From Chiloscyllium plagiosum (Eukaryota): a DNA stretch of 64,000 nt. Below the pieces are notes generated by a model that was given only the letters and a program-made list of their open reading frames with translations, ran no database searches and was not told the DNA's origin. The stretch is taken from positions 61,607,835-61,671,834 of the forward strand of contig NC_057726.1 of assembly GCF_004010195.1 (NCBI RefSeq), written 5' to 3'. Shown here one piece after another: positions 12,801 through 24,579 of this stretch (positions are counted from its first letter, which is position 1; each line of letters begins with the position of its first letter). The position numbers and the translations under genes are program-made.

Positions 12801-13931
12801 GAAGTTGGACCTCAACTTAGTCCTAAATCTGCTTCCCCTAATTTTGAGGCTGTGCGTGAAGTGAAAGGAGAGTTAACGTTTCCAGGTCCAGTGACCTTTC
12901 TACAGAAACGTTCTGAAGAAGGATCGTTGAATGCTAAACGGTAGCGCACACAGATGCTGCCAGACCTGCTGAGTTTTTCCAGCAATTTCTAGTTTTGTTT
13001 CAGATTTCCAGAATGCATTTTTTTTTATTTTATCTTACTGCATGAATTAATGTCATCCTAAAATTTGAACAGTTATCCCATTTCACTATCTTGACGCAAA
13101 ATCAACTGCTTCTGCACCAAAAAGGCACTCATTGAATTAATAACACTGCGCAATGTCATGATCACAATGAGCAATGGAATTGATCTTGAGAAATGGTGTA
13201 AGACGTACGAAAGCTAATCAACAGCCGTTGTACAGCGAGGTCGTTGCTACAATGTGAAGCAAATACGCTGTAACCGAGTTTTCTCTAATTATTAAAGCTC
13301 AGATCACATGAATTGCATAAAACAGCTGAAGAGTTGTTTGTCCTGGGTGCAGTGCCACTTACCGCACACTGTCAGCAATGAGCCGCTTTCTGCTCCATGA
13401 GTGGCTTGCTGATGCTTTATTTTACAATGATACATTCCAGAGTCTGCAAAAGTGACGTTGAGAATATGAAGCGAGCCTCTTCCTTTCTGGACATGAAAAC
13501 GCTTTCTGTTGTCTGGTTCCAGAAACGATTCCTCGTTGTGTCTCCACCAAAATATTTCAGGAACATGTTCAAATATTGGAAATGTGCAGAACATGGAAAC
13601 ATTGTCACCTCTGGCCGCCTCTAAGAGTTTGGGAAACTGATGTACTTTGCTCGAAGTTACTTTAGTGACGACTGAAAAAAAAGTAAAACCATGATATAGC
13701 TGTAGACAGCTGACATGAAATAACATCGGGAGGAGTAAAATCTGCAAACAATTGAGAACAACCGCACGCATTAAATTGGAGAAGCAAGACATCAAACTTT
13801 GCAATTTATGGAAGCTGTAAATATGAAATAAAATCTAGGTTACTCTCAAAGGACAATTCGTAACATATAGGAGTACCTGGCCAAGCCATACGCAGAAGAG
13901 CCATGAACAGAACCGCTGCTCTGACCAACAT
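3787..13931 (-). CDS. Gene A: IgSF type I membrane receptor (leader-V(J)-C1-TM-cytoplasmic ITIM), SIRP-like / VJ-C1 family, 322 aa; join(13877..13931,13363..13671,10571..10867,9753..9857,9108..9151,7872..7982,3787..3834)
   Basis: Seven exons with GT-AG boundaries and compatible phases (1,1,1,1,0,0) total 969 nt and are open to TAA. They encode a signal peptide, V-set and C1-set Cys/Trp motifs, a hydrophobic TM and a terminal LTYANL. Six of the seven exons have a same-phase paralog of similar length in gene B. Confidence 0.85.
4925..5265 (+). mobile_element. Tx1/L1-clade non-LTR retrotransposon ORF2 fragment
   Basis: GC-rich island encoding LTPARPEFHIGP..REPVPHNLSRL..LYRLLLHTL, recalled as typical of the Tx1 ORF2 C-terminal region. 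Confidence 0.6.
5645..5836 (+). mobile_element. Tx1-like 3' UTR with poly(A) tail
   Basis: Similar to 39060..39220. AATAAA is followed by an A-run. Confidence 0.55.
6180..7280 (+). mobile_element. Degenerate CR1-type LINE RT fragment
   Basis: Remnants of the LDFQKAF, GVPQGSVLG and KANGMLAFI motifs with many stops. Confidence 0.75.
7620..7800. mobile_element. Short hairpin element derived from a Penelope terminal repeat
   Basis: Starts gagaaagtgaggactg, has internal inverted repeats, and is flanked by direct repeat cgactccattatc. Confidence 0.65.
7872..7982 (-). CDS. Gene A exon 6, cytoplasmic with degenerate ITIM/ITSM
   Basis: Acceptor ttattttctag, donor CAG|gtatgc, 111 nt, phase 0/0. LRKAPAEENAASAAVKLKTNKGFSKHRPAEESTVNSQ aligns without gaps to exon 7. 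Confidence 0.7.
9108..9151 (-). CDS. Gene A exon 5, membrane-proximal cytoplasmic
   Basis: Acceptor ttctcttag, donor CCG|gtaagg, 44 nt, RGRNSVEANQNVQP. A 44-nt paralog lies at 38038..38081. Confidence 0.85.
9753..9857 (-). CDS. Gene A exon 4, transmembrane (uncharged, GxxxG-rich)
   Basis: Acceptor ttctgtag, donor G|gtaaga, 105 nt. EDFNRPMIIGGAGGALAMVLIISIFLILKLKASA. Confidence 0.9.
10185..10512 (-). mobile_element. HE1-like tRNA-derived SINE in the gene A C1-TM intron
   Basis: Minus strand begins ggcagcatggtggctcagtggtt (A box); body homologous to 42585..42899. Confidence 0.85.
10571..10867 (-). CDS. Gene A exon 3, Ig C1-set domain
   Basis: Acceptor ttctgttatag, donor G|gtaaga, 297 nt. Motifs FECKTTAFYPEDLGISWLKDG..DGLYEVTSSL..YTCLVSH. 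Confidence 0.95.
13363..13671 (-). CDS. Gene A exon 2, Ig V-type domain with J-like G strand
   Basis: Acceptor ttttttcag, donor G|gtaagt, 309 nt. Motifs VHQFP..VSMFC..IFWWR..SLHILNVTFADSGMYHC..SGSLLTV. Confidence 0.95.
13877..13931 (-). CDS. Gene A exon 1, signal peptide MLVRAAVLFMALLRMAWP
   Basis: ATG at 13931, 55 nt, phase-1 donor CAG|gtactc. Same length as the gene B leader and similar in sequence. Confidence 0.85.
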
Positions 13932-14396
13932 TTTGCAAATGGAATATAAGCGTGGTCTACTTGATGTAAACACGGGCCGTATTCTGAGTGGCTAGTGTGG
14001 AGCGACAAATGGGTTTCATAGGTAAAATGTTAAACATGACATGAAATATCACATGACTAATGTGTACTTCTCGTGGGAGTTTGTTAAGTCGGAGGTCCAC
14101 TCCTAATTCCCTTCTGAAACGTTTCCGTATGAAGTGATCACAGTATCACTGCGTTCCAAAATCCTCCTTCGTCAGCACTCACCTTTTATCATTAGTTTAA
14201 TTCTGAAAATATCGCTTCAGTTCGCAGTACTGTAGCTCGTCATCTAAGCGATCCATTTCATGTAGCAACTGTTTATCCTGGGAGCTCTGAGTTTCATGCC
14301 ACTCTCATCTTTAACAATTTGCAATTTATGGAAGCTGTAAATATGAAATAAAATCTAGGTTACTCTCAAAGGACAATTCGTAACATATAGGAGTAC

Positions 14397-14451
14397 CTGG
14401 CCAAGCCATACGCAGAAGAGCCATGAACAGAACCGCTGCTCTGACCAACAT
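14397..14451 (-). CDS. Identical second copy of the gene A signal-peptide exon (alternative exon 1)
   Basis: Identical to 13877..13931 including the donor, at an offset of 520 bp. Confidence 0.6.
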
Positions 14452-16819
14452 TTTGCAAATGGAATATAAGAGTGGTCTCCTTGATGTAAACACGGGCCGT
14501 ATTCTGAGTGGCTGGTGTGGAGAGACAAATGGGTTTCATAGGTAAAATGTTAAACATGACATGAAATATCACATGACTAATGTGGCTTATTCAATACGGT
14601 TGTACTTCTCGTGGGAGTTTGTTAAATCCACTCCTAACTCCCTTCTGAAACGTTTCCATATGAAGTGATCACAGTATCACTGCGTTCCAAAATCCTCCTT
14701 CGTCAGCACTCACCTTTTATCATTAGTTAAATTCTGAAAATATCGCTTCAGTTCGCAGTACTGCAGCTCGTCATCTAAGCGATCCATTTCATGTAGCAAC
14801 TGTTTATCCTGGGAGCTCTGGGTTTCATGCCACTCTCATCTTTAACAATCTTCGAAAACTTGAGTTTTCAGGAGGAAGCACTGGATTGGTAATTTTATTC
14901 ATCTTTATTTCTCCACTCCAGAGTTGATGGTTTGAGGTTTGCTTTGGCTGAAGATGAGGGATATCAAGACTGGGGAGCACATTTTTAAAGTGAGAGGACA
15001 GAGATTTTAAAAAAAGACATGTGGGGCAAACGTTTTTACACGTGCGTAATGAAGTTCCTGACGACGTGATGGATCTGGAGAAAATTACAACATTTAAAAG
15101 CAACATTTTACTTTGACAAGTAAATGAATAGGAAAAGTTTGGAGGGATACAGGCCAGGAGTGCGCAGGTGGGACTACATTAGATTAGGATTACATTCAGC
15201 ATGGACTGGTTGCACCGAAAAATCTGTTTCCAGGCTGTGTAACTCTCTGACTATGACTTTATCGAGGAGAATAGCATCACACCCTCCATACTACTGAAGT
15301 TCCTCAGCCCGCACTTCATTCCGATAAATATCTTCCAACATCTTTACGGCCTTGACACCCCTCAGGATTGAGCATAAGACTCCAGGTTGAGACTAATTCA
15401 TGTTCAAATTAGGGGTCTTATGGTTTATGTCCACTTGTCCACCCACCTTCAAAATATTATAAACACATCCAGAACTTTACTATCAATTAAATAGTTCTTC
15501 TCTAGACAATCACTAAAACGTGAATCATTCTTTCTGCTTGCTTTTTAAAAAATACCATTATGAGCAAGGCAGATTTGTCCATCCCTAGTTACCCTTGAGG
15601 GAAGCCTCATTGCTCATTTTTATGTGTAGTAGGAAAGCTGGCAGGTCTTGCTATTTTCTCATCAACCTGTTTAGAGATGTGGTGATGTAGTATTGGACCC
15701 TTTGTGATTTATATTGGGATCTGTCGGCTCAGGAGTGGGGACAATTATACTGCACCACAAGAACCCCTGAGCTGACAGGTGCTGTTAGGAAAAGCATGGG
15801 ACAGAGTTTTGAAAGCTATAAGATTAAATTGTCCAGTGCAAACACTGACCACAGCTGTGAAATCTTTAAGATTGAAATTGACAGCTGGAATTGTTGAAGA
15901 AAGATTTTTCAGGTCAATTGTTTTCCCTCAAGAAATCCCAGCAATTGCCGAGTTTTCACATGTAGATATGACTGTTATCTATGTGTGGATATACAATAAA
16001 GGACTTCTGAAGGAATTAAAGATAGATACCACTCGAGCAGTGATGAATCTCCATAGACAGGTGAAAATGACTGTCGCTATTGTTCATTGTGCTTCCCACA
16101 ATTGCTACAGAAATTCCAAGGTGAAAAACAAGCCACACGGCAATTTTCATCAGGTAATTGTTACTAAGGAAGAAAGGGCGCAATGGCAGTTCAGATATTA
16201 AATACATTGCATGCAAAGGTACATTTGGATCGATGGAATTAAAATGCCGAGTATGGAGGCTTGATGATAAATATTAAGTATTTGAAATACATTCAAGATC
16301 TTTCAGTATGTATAGAGAAGACTTATGAGTTACATGGAGGTAATTATTGGAGATTTAATTTTGCTTCGCAATAGAGAAACACAACTTCCTTATTTAACAC
16401 TCCCAGCGTTTCTTCCACTCAATCAAGTTATAGCAGATTTGGAATTTTACAAGTTGCACTTGATATTTGATACAGTGGTATTTCCCTATTGGATGCGATC
16501 TCCCAGAGTTGGAAATGCGAACCAGGTCAGGCGGCACTGGTGGAAGAAGAATTTGGCTTTCCAAGGACTGTGATCGTTCACTCGAACTTTGTTACGTTCA
16601 AAAGTGTAACACTTTGAGGTGGACAGTAGAAAATAGCGAAAAGGGTGGAGTATTATAGGGAGAGCAGAGCAGAGATGAAAAGACTGGAGAGTTCTGGTAC
16701 GGTGCCAACGAGAGTGGTGATTGGTGATAAGAAACAATGAAACAGAACTGGAATCAAGAAGTGAGGTGAGAGTGACAGCTCTTGACACCAAGGCCATATT
16801 TGACTGAATGTGGCGTCAA

Positions 16820-17870
16820 GGAGTCCTAGAAAACCTGGAAACAATGGGCATCAGCAGGCAAACTCTTTGCTGGTTGGAGTCATACCTGACACTTATGAAG
16901 ATGGTTGCAGTTGTTGGAGGTCAGTTATCTCAGCGCCAAAGCATCTCTGCAGGAGTTGTTAAACATATTGTCTAAATCCAACCATCTTCTGCTACTTCAT
17001 CAATTACCTTCCTCCGATGTCTAAGGTGATGATTTTCGCTAATATTTGCATAAGATTCTGCAACATTTATGACTCTTCAGTCGCTGAAGCAGTCCACGTT
17101 CAAATACAACAAGATCTGGACAATATTCAGGCTTGGACTAATAAATGGCAGGTAACATTCGCACCACTCAAAGGCCAAACAATAGTATCACTGAAATCCC
17201 GCTATCAACACCCTGGGGTTATCATTGATCAGACACTCAACTGGACTCGTCACAAAAAAAACATATTGACTACAAGAGCTGGTCAAAGGCTAGGAATACT
17301 ATGGTTGATAACTCACCTCCTAACTCCCCAAAACCAGCTCACAATCTACAAGGCACAAGTCAAGAATGTGATAGAACACTCCTCATTTTGTCCGGATGGC
17401 TGTAGCTCAAACAACTCTGAAGAAGCTTGATATCATCCATGCCAATGTCGCCCACTTGATTGGCAACACATCCACAAGCACCTACTCCCTAAATTGCATC
17501 AACACTGAGGAGCATCAGTGTGTACCATCTAGAAAATGCACTGCAGAAATGCACCTAAGATCGTTAGACAGCAGGTTCCAAACACTGGACCACTTCTATT
17601 TATAAGGACAAAGACAGTAGCTACATGGGACTAGGTGCAAGTTGCCCCCCAAGCCACTCACCATCCTGACATAGAAATATATTTCATTTCCTTCATTGTC
17701 TCTGGGTCGAAGTGCTGGAATTCCCTTCTAAAGGGCATTGTGGATCGCCGTACGGCACGTGAACTGCAGCAATTCAAAAAGGCTGTTTTCTCAAGCGCAG
17801 TTATCGAATGACAAGAAATGCTGACCAGCCGGCGATGCCCATGTCCCACATCCCACGACATAATGAAAAA
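16820..17870 (+). mobile_element. CR1/L2-group LINE 3' fragment
   Basis: IFANI..QIQQDLDNIQAWTNKWQVTFAP..RAGQRLGIL..TIYKAQV. Confidence 0.8.
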
Positions 17871-20715
17871 AGATCTCATATTCAAAAACATCGTTGCTCT
17901 GATTGTTCACATGCCACGAATAGCTCTTCTGGTGTTTTGACCAACATAGTTCAGAAATGGGATTTACAGATTATCTAACCATTGCGCGTATAACTCATCA
18001 GGGTGCTCGCTGTAGTTCATATTTCTACATTTGTCAAAACCTCACAAATGCATCATGGTTTCCAAGTCTTTGGAGAGCATTGCATGTGTACACAAATCAT
18101 TTCTTTTATCTACTGCTGGCAATAAAATTTGCGATGAACAAATCTGTCTCCAGTTTTGCCTTTGTCACAAACAACGAGTTAATGAAATGCTAAAAGAATA
18201 AAATATACTTATTTTAGGTTATATACACTAACAAATGCAAAATTGGTTGGAATTTAACATTTCCTGAGGCCTCTTGCAAGTTAAAGAACTCAACGCACGT
18301 GTAATTCATTATTAGGACGCGGTAGTGGCAAGGCATTAAGGTGTAAATGTTTTCTTTTTCCTATTGTCTCCATTTCCCAATATAAACCGAGAACCAGGCT
18401 TTTAGTGGAATTCAGACGATTGAGTGAGAGTTCCGCATCTGATTCTTCATACCCTGGCGACCTAACACCGCAACATTTTACACAGCAGCCCCACGTCTTT
18501 GGCAACGGTCAAAATGCTTGGGTAGATTAATAACAATTGGCTGTCTGTTTCTCTTTGCAGAAAATAACTGTGCAAATGAAGGTGAGAGGCAAGATCTGAA
18601 TAACACAACTCTATATCATGTTACCCGCGTATTGCTCAGGAGTCAGGTAGTGATGTACTTACAGATGATAGACTGTACCAATGTCGTCATGTGAAATTCG
18701 AAAAACAATTCGAATTAAAAGTCTTTAACGCAATCACTCATTGTATTGATTATTTCCTGGCTAATATTCACTCCTTAATGAACTGCACTGAAATGTATAA
18801 TCTGCTTCTTATAATGTTTCCGTTTGGAGGCCTTTTTTCCTTTGATCGTGACTGTCATATTTCCAACATGACAGTGACAACATGACAAATGTAGACGTGT
18901 CAAAAATGTAAAGTTCGCAAAAAAGCACTTTGGTAGCTCAAGTATAATGCACAAAATCAGTGGGCGAATTATATTATGCTATACTCTACTGTAACAGGAG
19001 CATTCCTTTGCATATGCAATCTAAAATATTCGACAGTTCAGCACTGAGAAATTTTTGAACTGCAATGTTATTCGCTGTTATGACTGCATAAAATTGTCAC
19101 TTTTTCTAAATATTTCCTGGCGTGGTATAACTTAATTAAGAGAGACTCAGTTGCATGGAGTCAATTGTGCAATGATTGCTTTGAAAGAAAAACATAAATG
19201 ACTCTCCATCAGCAAAAAAATCGCCCAAGTGAATTATATTTATCATTGACAGTAGCTAATTCATCTGGTTAGCTCAATTAATGGGATCACTAGTGCGTAT
19301 TTGAACTCATTGCCAATTATGAGGCTTTAATTTCCATTCAGCCTGAAGCAGATTTGGAACTTGACTCTGTCCCATTAAATGGAAATGTAAGGCAATATGA
19401 CACCCCACTGACAAGCCCCGCCAGGAAACGTCGCAGAATGAATCAGCAAAGGATGTTGAACTAACCACGCACTCAGAAAGTCAACGTTGATTGAGCTAAT
19501 ATCAGAATAATTTCTTCTATTATTGCCTTTCAGAATTAGCACGCTGGAGAATCGCTAAACATAGACATTGCAGAGCTATCGTTTGTTTGACAGATGCGAA
19601 AGTACAAATAAACTTCTTAAATTATACTTCTGAATGTCCAACAATGTCTTACGAGCGTGATGTTGACTCGCACATCTTGAGATGGGTGCAATGTCTAACC
19701 GCAAATGTTTCCATTATGCTGTAGTTGCGATGACATTCTGTTCTCCAAGTGGTTGCAATGATTAGCTAAATGGAGCAAAAATGAGCGAGGTATTGTGATC
19801 TATTTTAATCGATAAGTTGCAAGAGTTCATACTTGAGAGACAACCATCGTGTAATAGAAATACGGGATGCCCAAAATGGATTCCTCTACGGCTAATACTT
19901 TTAATCTGAATGGAATAAATGGCAAATGAGAAGTATTTAAAGGGAGAAGGACGAATTAAGGCAAGAAAATCATAATCAATGAAAGGCAAGTATGCGCAGG
20001 CATACATGTAACAATAAAGCAATTATATGGCGTATGTATAAAATATCCTGAGGTGCTTCATAGGGAACTGTGGAGCTCAGGGCATATCCACTAATGATGA
20101 AAATTAGAGATGGACAAGAGATCAGAATTGGAACAAAAGGACCGTGCAAGGGGATTTGAGAACAATGGTGAGAATTTTAAAATAAAGACATTGTGAGATC
20201 AGGAGTCAATGTAGATATACCAACAAGGTGATGATGTCAGAACAGGAATTACAGAAGTTACTGGCACGCCTACACAGACGTACATAAGTATATACAGACA
20301 TACATAGGCAGTTATACACACATTCACATGTAGTTATAAATACACGTATATTCAAATACACAGTCATAAATACCTACATATGCAAAGCAGACCAATACAG
20401 CAAATTGATAGCAGAATGAAAGATGAAAATAATAATGGCAAAGAGAGTATAAGAATTGGATGACTGTTGTCATAAAATAGAGCTGAAAATCTTCTACAAC
20501 CTTTAATTAGTAAACAGATGGCAACACGTCTTGTGTCAGCTATTGATGCAAAACAGCGAATTGTGATCTGAGGCATAATGCAAAAGTGGGTAATGTAATG
20601 AATATTTTGACTGATATTTACTAAAGAAGATGATTCAAACCAAGCATACAACGAAATGGAGCGGGTAGATGGAATAAATTGTGTAAAAAGTCTGGCCAGG
20701 ATATACTGGAAATGC

Positions 20716-21575
20716 TGTTTTTCCTAAGAGGCATAGGTTGTTTGGTTGAGAAGGCTAACTTCGTGGGGTGCAAATGAAAGTGAGGATGGACATAACAGGA
20801 GGGATTGCCAAATTTTTATATCATCCCCATATGCAGCAGTGGTGCTAGACAATTGGACAACAATAATGCTCAGCCACTCTGACCTCATCCCACAATGCAC
20901 ACCCACTGCCATGTGCTACCACATGCACATTCTATACCTGTCTCTCCATCAGCACTACCTCCCATCCATCGCAATCTCCAGTTTTATTTTATTCTTTGTT
21001 TCATGCACACATTTAATAATAATCAATTCTTTTTCCTTTCAGTTGTTAAGGATACGGGTCCCCGTCTGGATTCGTCCTCCGCTTCTTCTTCTCGTTGAAT
21101 TCATCACTTCTTCTAATTCCACAACTTGCACTGTATTCACGTAGCCTCTGGTTATTCATTACATCAACTAGCATCAGTTACCCTGAATGGCTGCTTTGCG
21201 AGGCAGAGTGATGCCAAAATGTTGAGCTTCATTCCTGCACTGCCTGAAGTCACCGTGAAGGAATTTCCTTCTGACCCTCTGCCCTTGGCTGAAAAGTAGT
21301 GACCCTCAGATTGAAACGACCATCAATCATCTCTCTCTAATGAGAGAGCAGCCCGATAGTCTGGTAAAACTATGGTGAATTTTAGGTTTACACTTTTAGA
21401 CCTTCCTGCCAGATGCTGAAGAATTAACGCTCAGCAAAAAAAAACATCACGCTTTATGATCTCACTTCAATGAATTGCAGGCTGAACCTAATGTTGAACT
21501 CTGGGGTAGGAGTTCCCATGTTGCTCCATTGAGTCTTTCTCGGACACCCATGCGCCTACTCACTCTGGACACTGG
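20716..21575. repeat. Segment of about 860 bp duplicated at 53748..54605
   Basis: Colinear high-identity match. Twin ORFs at 20746..21144 and 53778..54038. Confidence 0.9.
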
Positions 21576-23768
21576 AACATTGCTAAACATAAAACTCCAG
21601 AATGTGTTTTAAAGAAAAATGTTTGGCAGTTGCGTGACTTGATACAGCATACATTTTTAAAATTACACTCTTTTCAACTAAAACGAAAAAAAAATACAAG
21701 GACTGCTAAAATTGCACGTCCTGAGACGGGCTCAACATCCAACCACAAGCGTTTCCATTCGCTTCAACTGTAAGGAACTTTTATTTAAAAATAAATATGT
21801 CGTGGGTGTTAAAACTTGAGCTGTGATGAACTCTCGGCCGAAACATAAATCGAAAATAGGTGCCTGGGTCGTCAGCAATCTCCATTAACGTAGAATGCGT
21901 CACAAATAAGATTAACCTTTAGGAAGGGGACAAGTGGAAACGGAGGCACTCCCACACATAAGCAGAACCACACAGACACGAGCGTTCGGCAAGTCACATC
22001 AATATGGCGCCTGCAACGTAGTAAAATATCAAGGTGATTGGCAGGGAACATTAGAGATTGATAATTGACAAGGTGAAAACACCTTGGTCAGAGAGGCAGG
22101 TTTTAAAAGAGGAGACAAAAACAGACTTGATTCGGTATGAACTTCTAAAGATTAGGACCTGTGTAGTCCAGGAAATGGTGAAATGCAAGAAATTGGACTT
22201 AGACAAGAGATAAGAATTGGAGCAGAGGCGGTGTCCTGGATTGGAGGGATTTAAAATATTAAAGAGAATTTCAAACGTAAGACGTATTAAGGCAATGTGG
22301 CTCAACGAATATGGAACAACGAATGAATTGTTCTTGAGATGAGTTAGATGTAGATACACTTTAGCATGCCCCCCAAAAATATCAAAATATAGACGCATAC
22401 TGAAACCCGGCGCGCAAGTTCACACACATTTACAGATAAAAGGACTTAGATATATAACGATGGGAGCTAGGGTGTTCCGAAGCACTTGAAAGTCAATCAA
22501 GTAAAACCATTGTTATATTGCAAGATTTCACAGGCACACGCAGACTCACGTGCGCAGGCACGCGCATCGTCATTGTGGGCAGTCCCTTGGAATTAAGGAC
22601 AACGGCAGTCAGATTTGATGTGACCTCAGATGACTGAGAAGCCCTATTCTAGATGTAGATCGGTTTTCCGCAATGGGGGCTACAGTGTTGCAAACAGAAA
22701 TGGAATTCCCAGCACTTGATTATCTTCCTTCTCCTTCCTCTGCCACAACCACTTCTCCTCCCAATTTCTACCGATGACTTGGTGCTATGCACATATTCAC
22801 ACACGTACATGAAAAGGGGGCAATGTTGACGTGTAAAATGGGAATGGAGCGGACGCTGCATTTCCCGTCTCATACAACTTCGCTAACACTCTTCCGTTTA
22901 TTTCACGCCAGGGCCTTCTGCAACATTTTGGTGATTCCGGTTGCTACCCCAGCACAGCAACCTAACTAAATTGACACATTATTTTATCGGTAATGGCAAC
23001 ACTGGATTCTCTTCATTGGAAAAATTGTTACCTTCTACCTTTGCAACATTACCTGTATTCATCCCACCTCAATCCATTAAATTCCAATATTAACGCTTGG
23101 AAATTAATGGAATCAATAAACTGAAAAAAAAAGAAAAAAAGACTGGTGACAAAGTTTCACCACCAAACATGCAACATTTTAACCGTTTTCACCAAATGCA
23201 GTCCTCCAATTCACAGAAAATGTATTCTTTCAAAACTTTTCTGCCCATTGGCTATCCTACACCAAGTCGTGCTCACCCAGCTCCCAATCCTCGTTTACCT
23301 GCAAATGTTTCTTATGGCTATTGGCTCAAATTTAAGATTCCGATTTTCTCTTGGCCTTGTTATTCCCTACTCAGTACCAGTTCAGTCAATGATTCCACGC
23401 GCTATTCTCCTATCTGTCGAATATTGTATACTGCCAGTCCTTTACAATCATTGCTTAGATTCCATGCTCAAAATTCCCTCCAAAATTTCTGCTACACCAT
23501 CTTCCTTTTCACTCAGAATTCTTACTTAATCCACCAAAAGAATTGACCTTTCACTCCTCTCTTCCTCTGCACTTTTTGACAGGGTGTGGTTTTGTTTACT
23601 CCTCAGGAGACACTGCTGCATGTTTGTGTTTCAAACGCTTTTTATAAATGTAAGTTGCATAAGATCACTTTCTTACTTTTCTAGTTCTGATGAAGCCCAA
23701 TGACTGAACCATTGATTTACTTTTTCTTGGTAAATGTTAGTCAGCCCATTGTATGATCAGGTCATCGT

Positions 23769-24262
23769 CATAGAGTCATAGAGGTGCACAGCACGGAAGG
23801 AGTCCCTTCGGTCCTACTTATCCATGCCGACCAGGTATCCCAACCCAATCTAGTCCCACCTGTCAGCACCCGGCCCATATCCCTCCAAACCCTTCCTATT
23901 CTAATATTCAACCAGGTGCCTTTTAAATGTTGCAACTGTACTAGCCGTCACCACTTCACTGGCAGCTCAGTCCATACATGTACCACCCTGACTTCTCTTT
24001 TATATCTTTCCCCTCTCACCCGAAACCTATGCCCTCTAGTTCTGGACTCCCCCACTCCAGGGAAGAGACTTTGTCTATTTATCCTATCCATGCCCCTCAT
24101 AATTTTACATACCTCTATAAGGTCACCCCTCAGGTTCCGACGATCCAGGGAAAACAGCCCCAACCTACTCAACCTCTCCCCAGAGCTCAAAACCTCCAAC
24201 CCTGTCAACATTCTTGGAAATCGTTTCTGAACCCTTTCAAGTTTCACGAAGGAGACCAGAAT
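23769..24262 (-). mobile_element. CR1/HER1-like LINE 3' end
   Basis: LERVQKRFPRML..LRGDLIEVCKIM..RTRGH and a (tctatgac)n tail. Confidence 0.85.
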
Positions 24263-24579
24263 TGTTTTGTTTTCCAGCACAAGCCGAGACTATTCAGCCC
24301 ATCTGATATATTCTGGCATTTTTGTTCCTTCCTACTTGCCATGTCTAATCAAATTTGCATATCATTTTATTTATTTGTGTTTCGTTTGCATATTAAACTG
24401 TCTTTTCGATTTCGCTCTGAGTATTTATGTCTGTGTGCTCTAGTTTTGCATTCTATCCCAAGTGGAATCATTTTCTCTGGAATGATCCACCCTGTCATAC
24501 CTCCTCATAATACCAATTAGATTGCTCAGGTCGCCTGTAGGTTTTCATTCTTCTTTAAATTGGTTTGAGTGCCTGGCGG

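Larger units (their letters stand above)
13798..14848. repeat. Tandem duplication of a unit of about 520 bp containing the leader exon
   Basis: tttgcaatttatggaagctg starts at both 13798 and 14318. The copies differ by a few SNPs and two small indels. Confidence 0.95.

Noticed and set aside
10571-13671. Rearranging Ig light chain or TCR locus
   Set aside because: No RSS or separate J segments were seen, and TM plus ITIM-type cytoplasmic exons follow the C1 exon.
21990-22015. YY1-like aatatggcg motif as a promoter
   Set aside because: Single short motif with no CpG island or downstream gene evidence.
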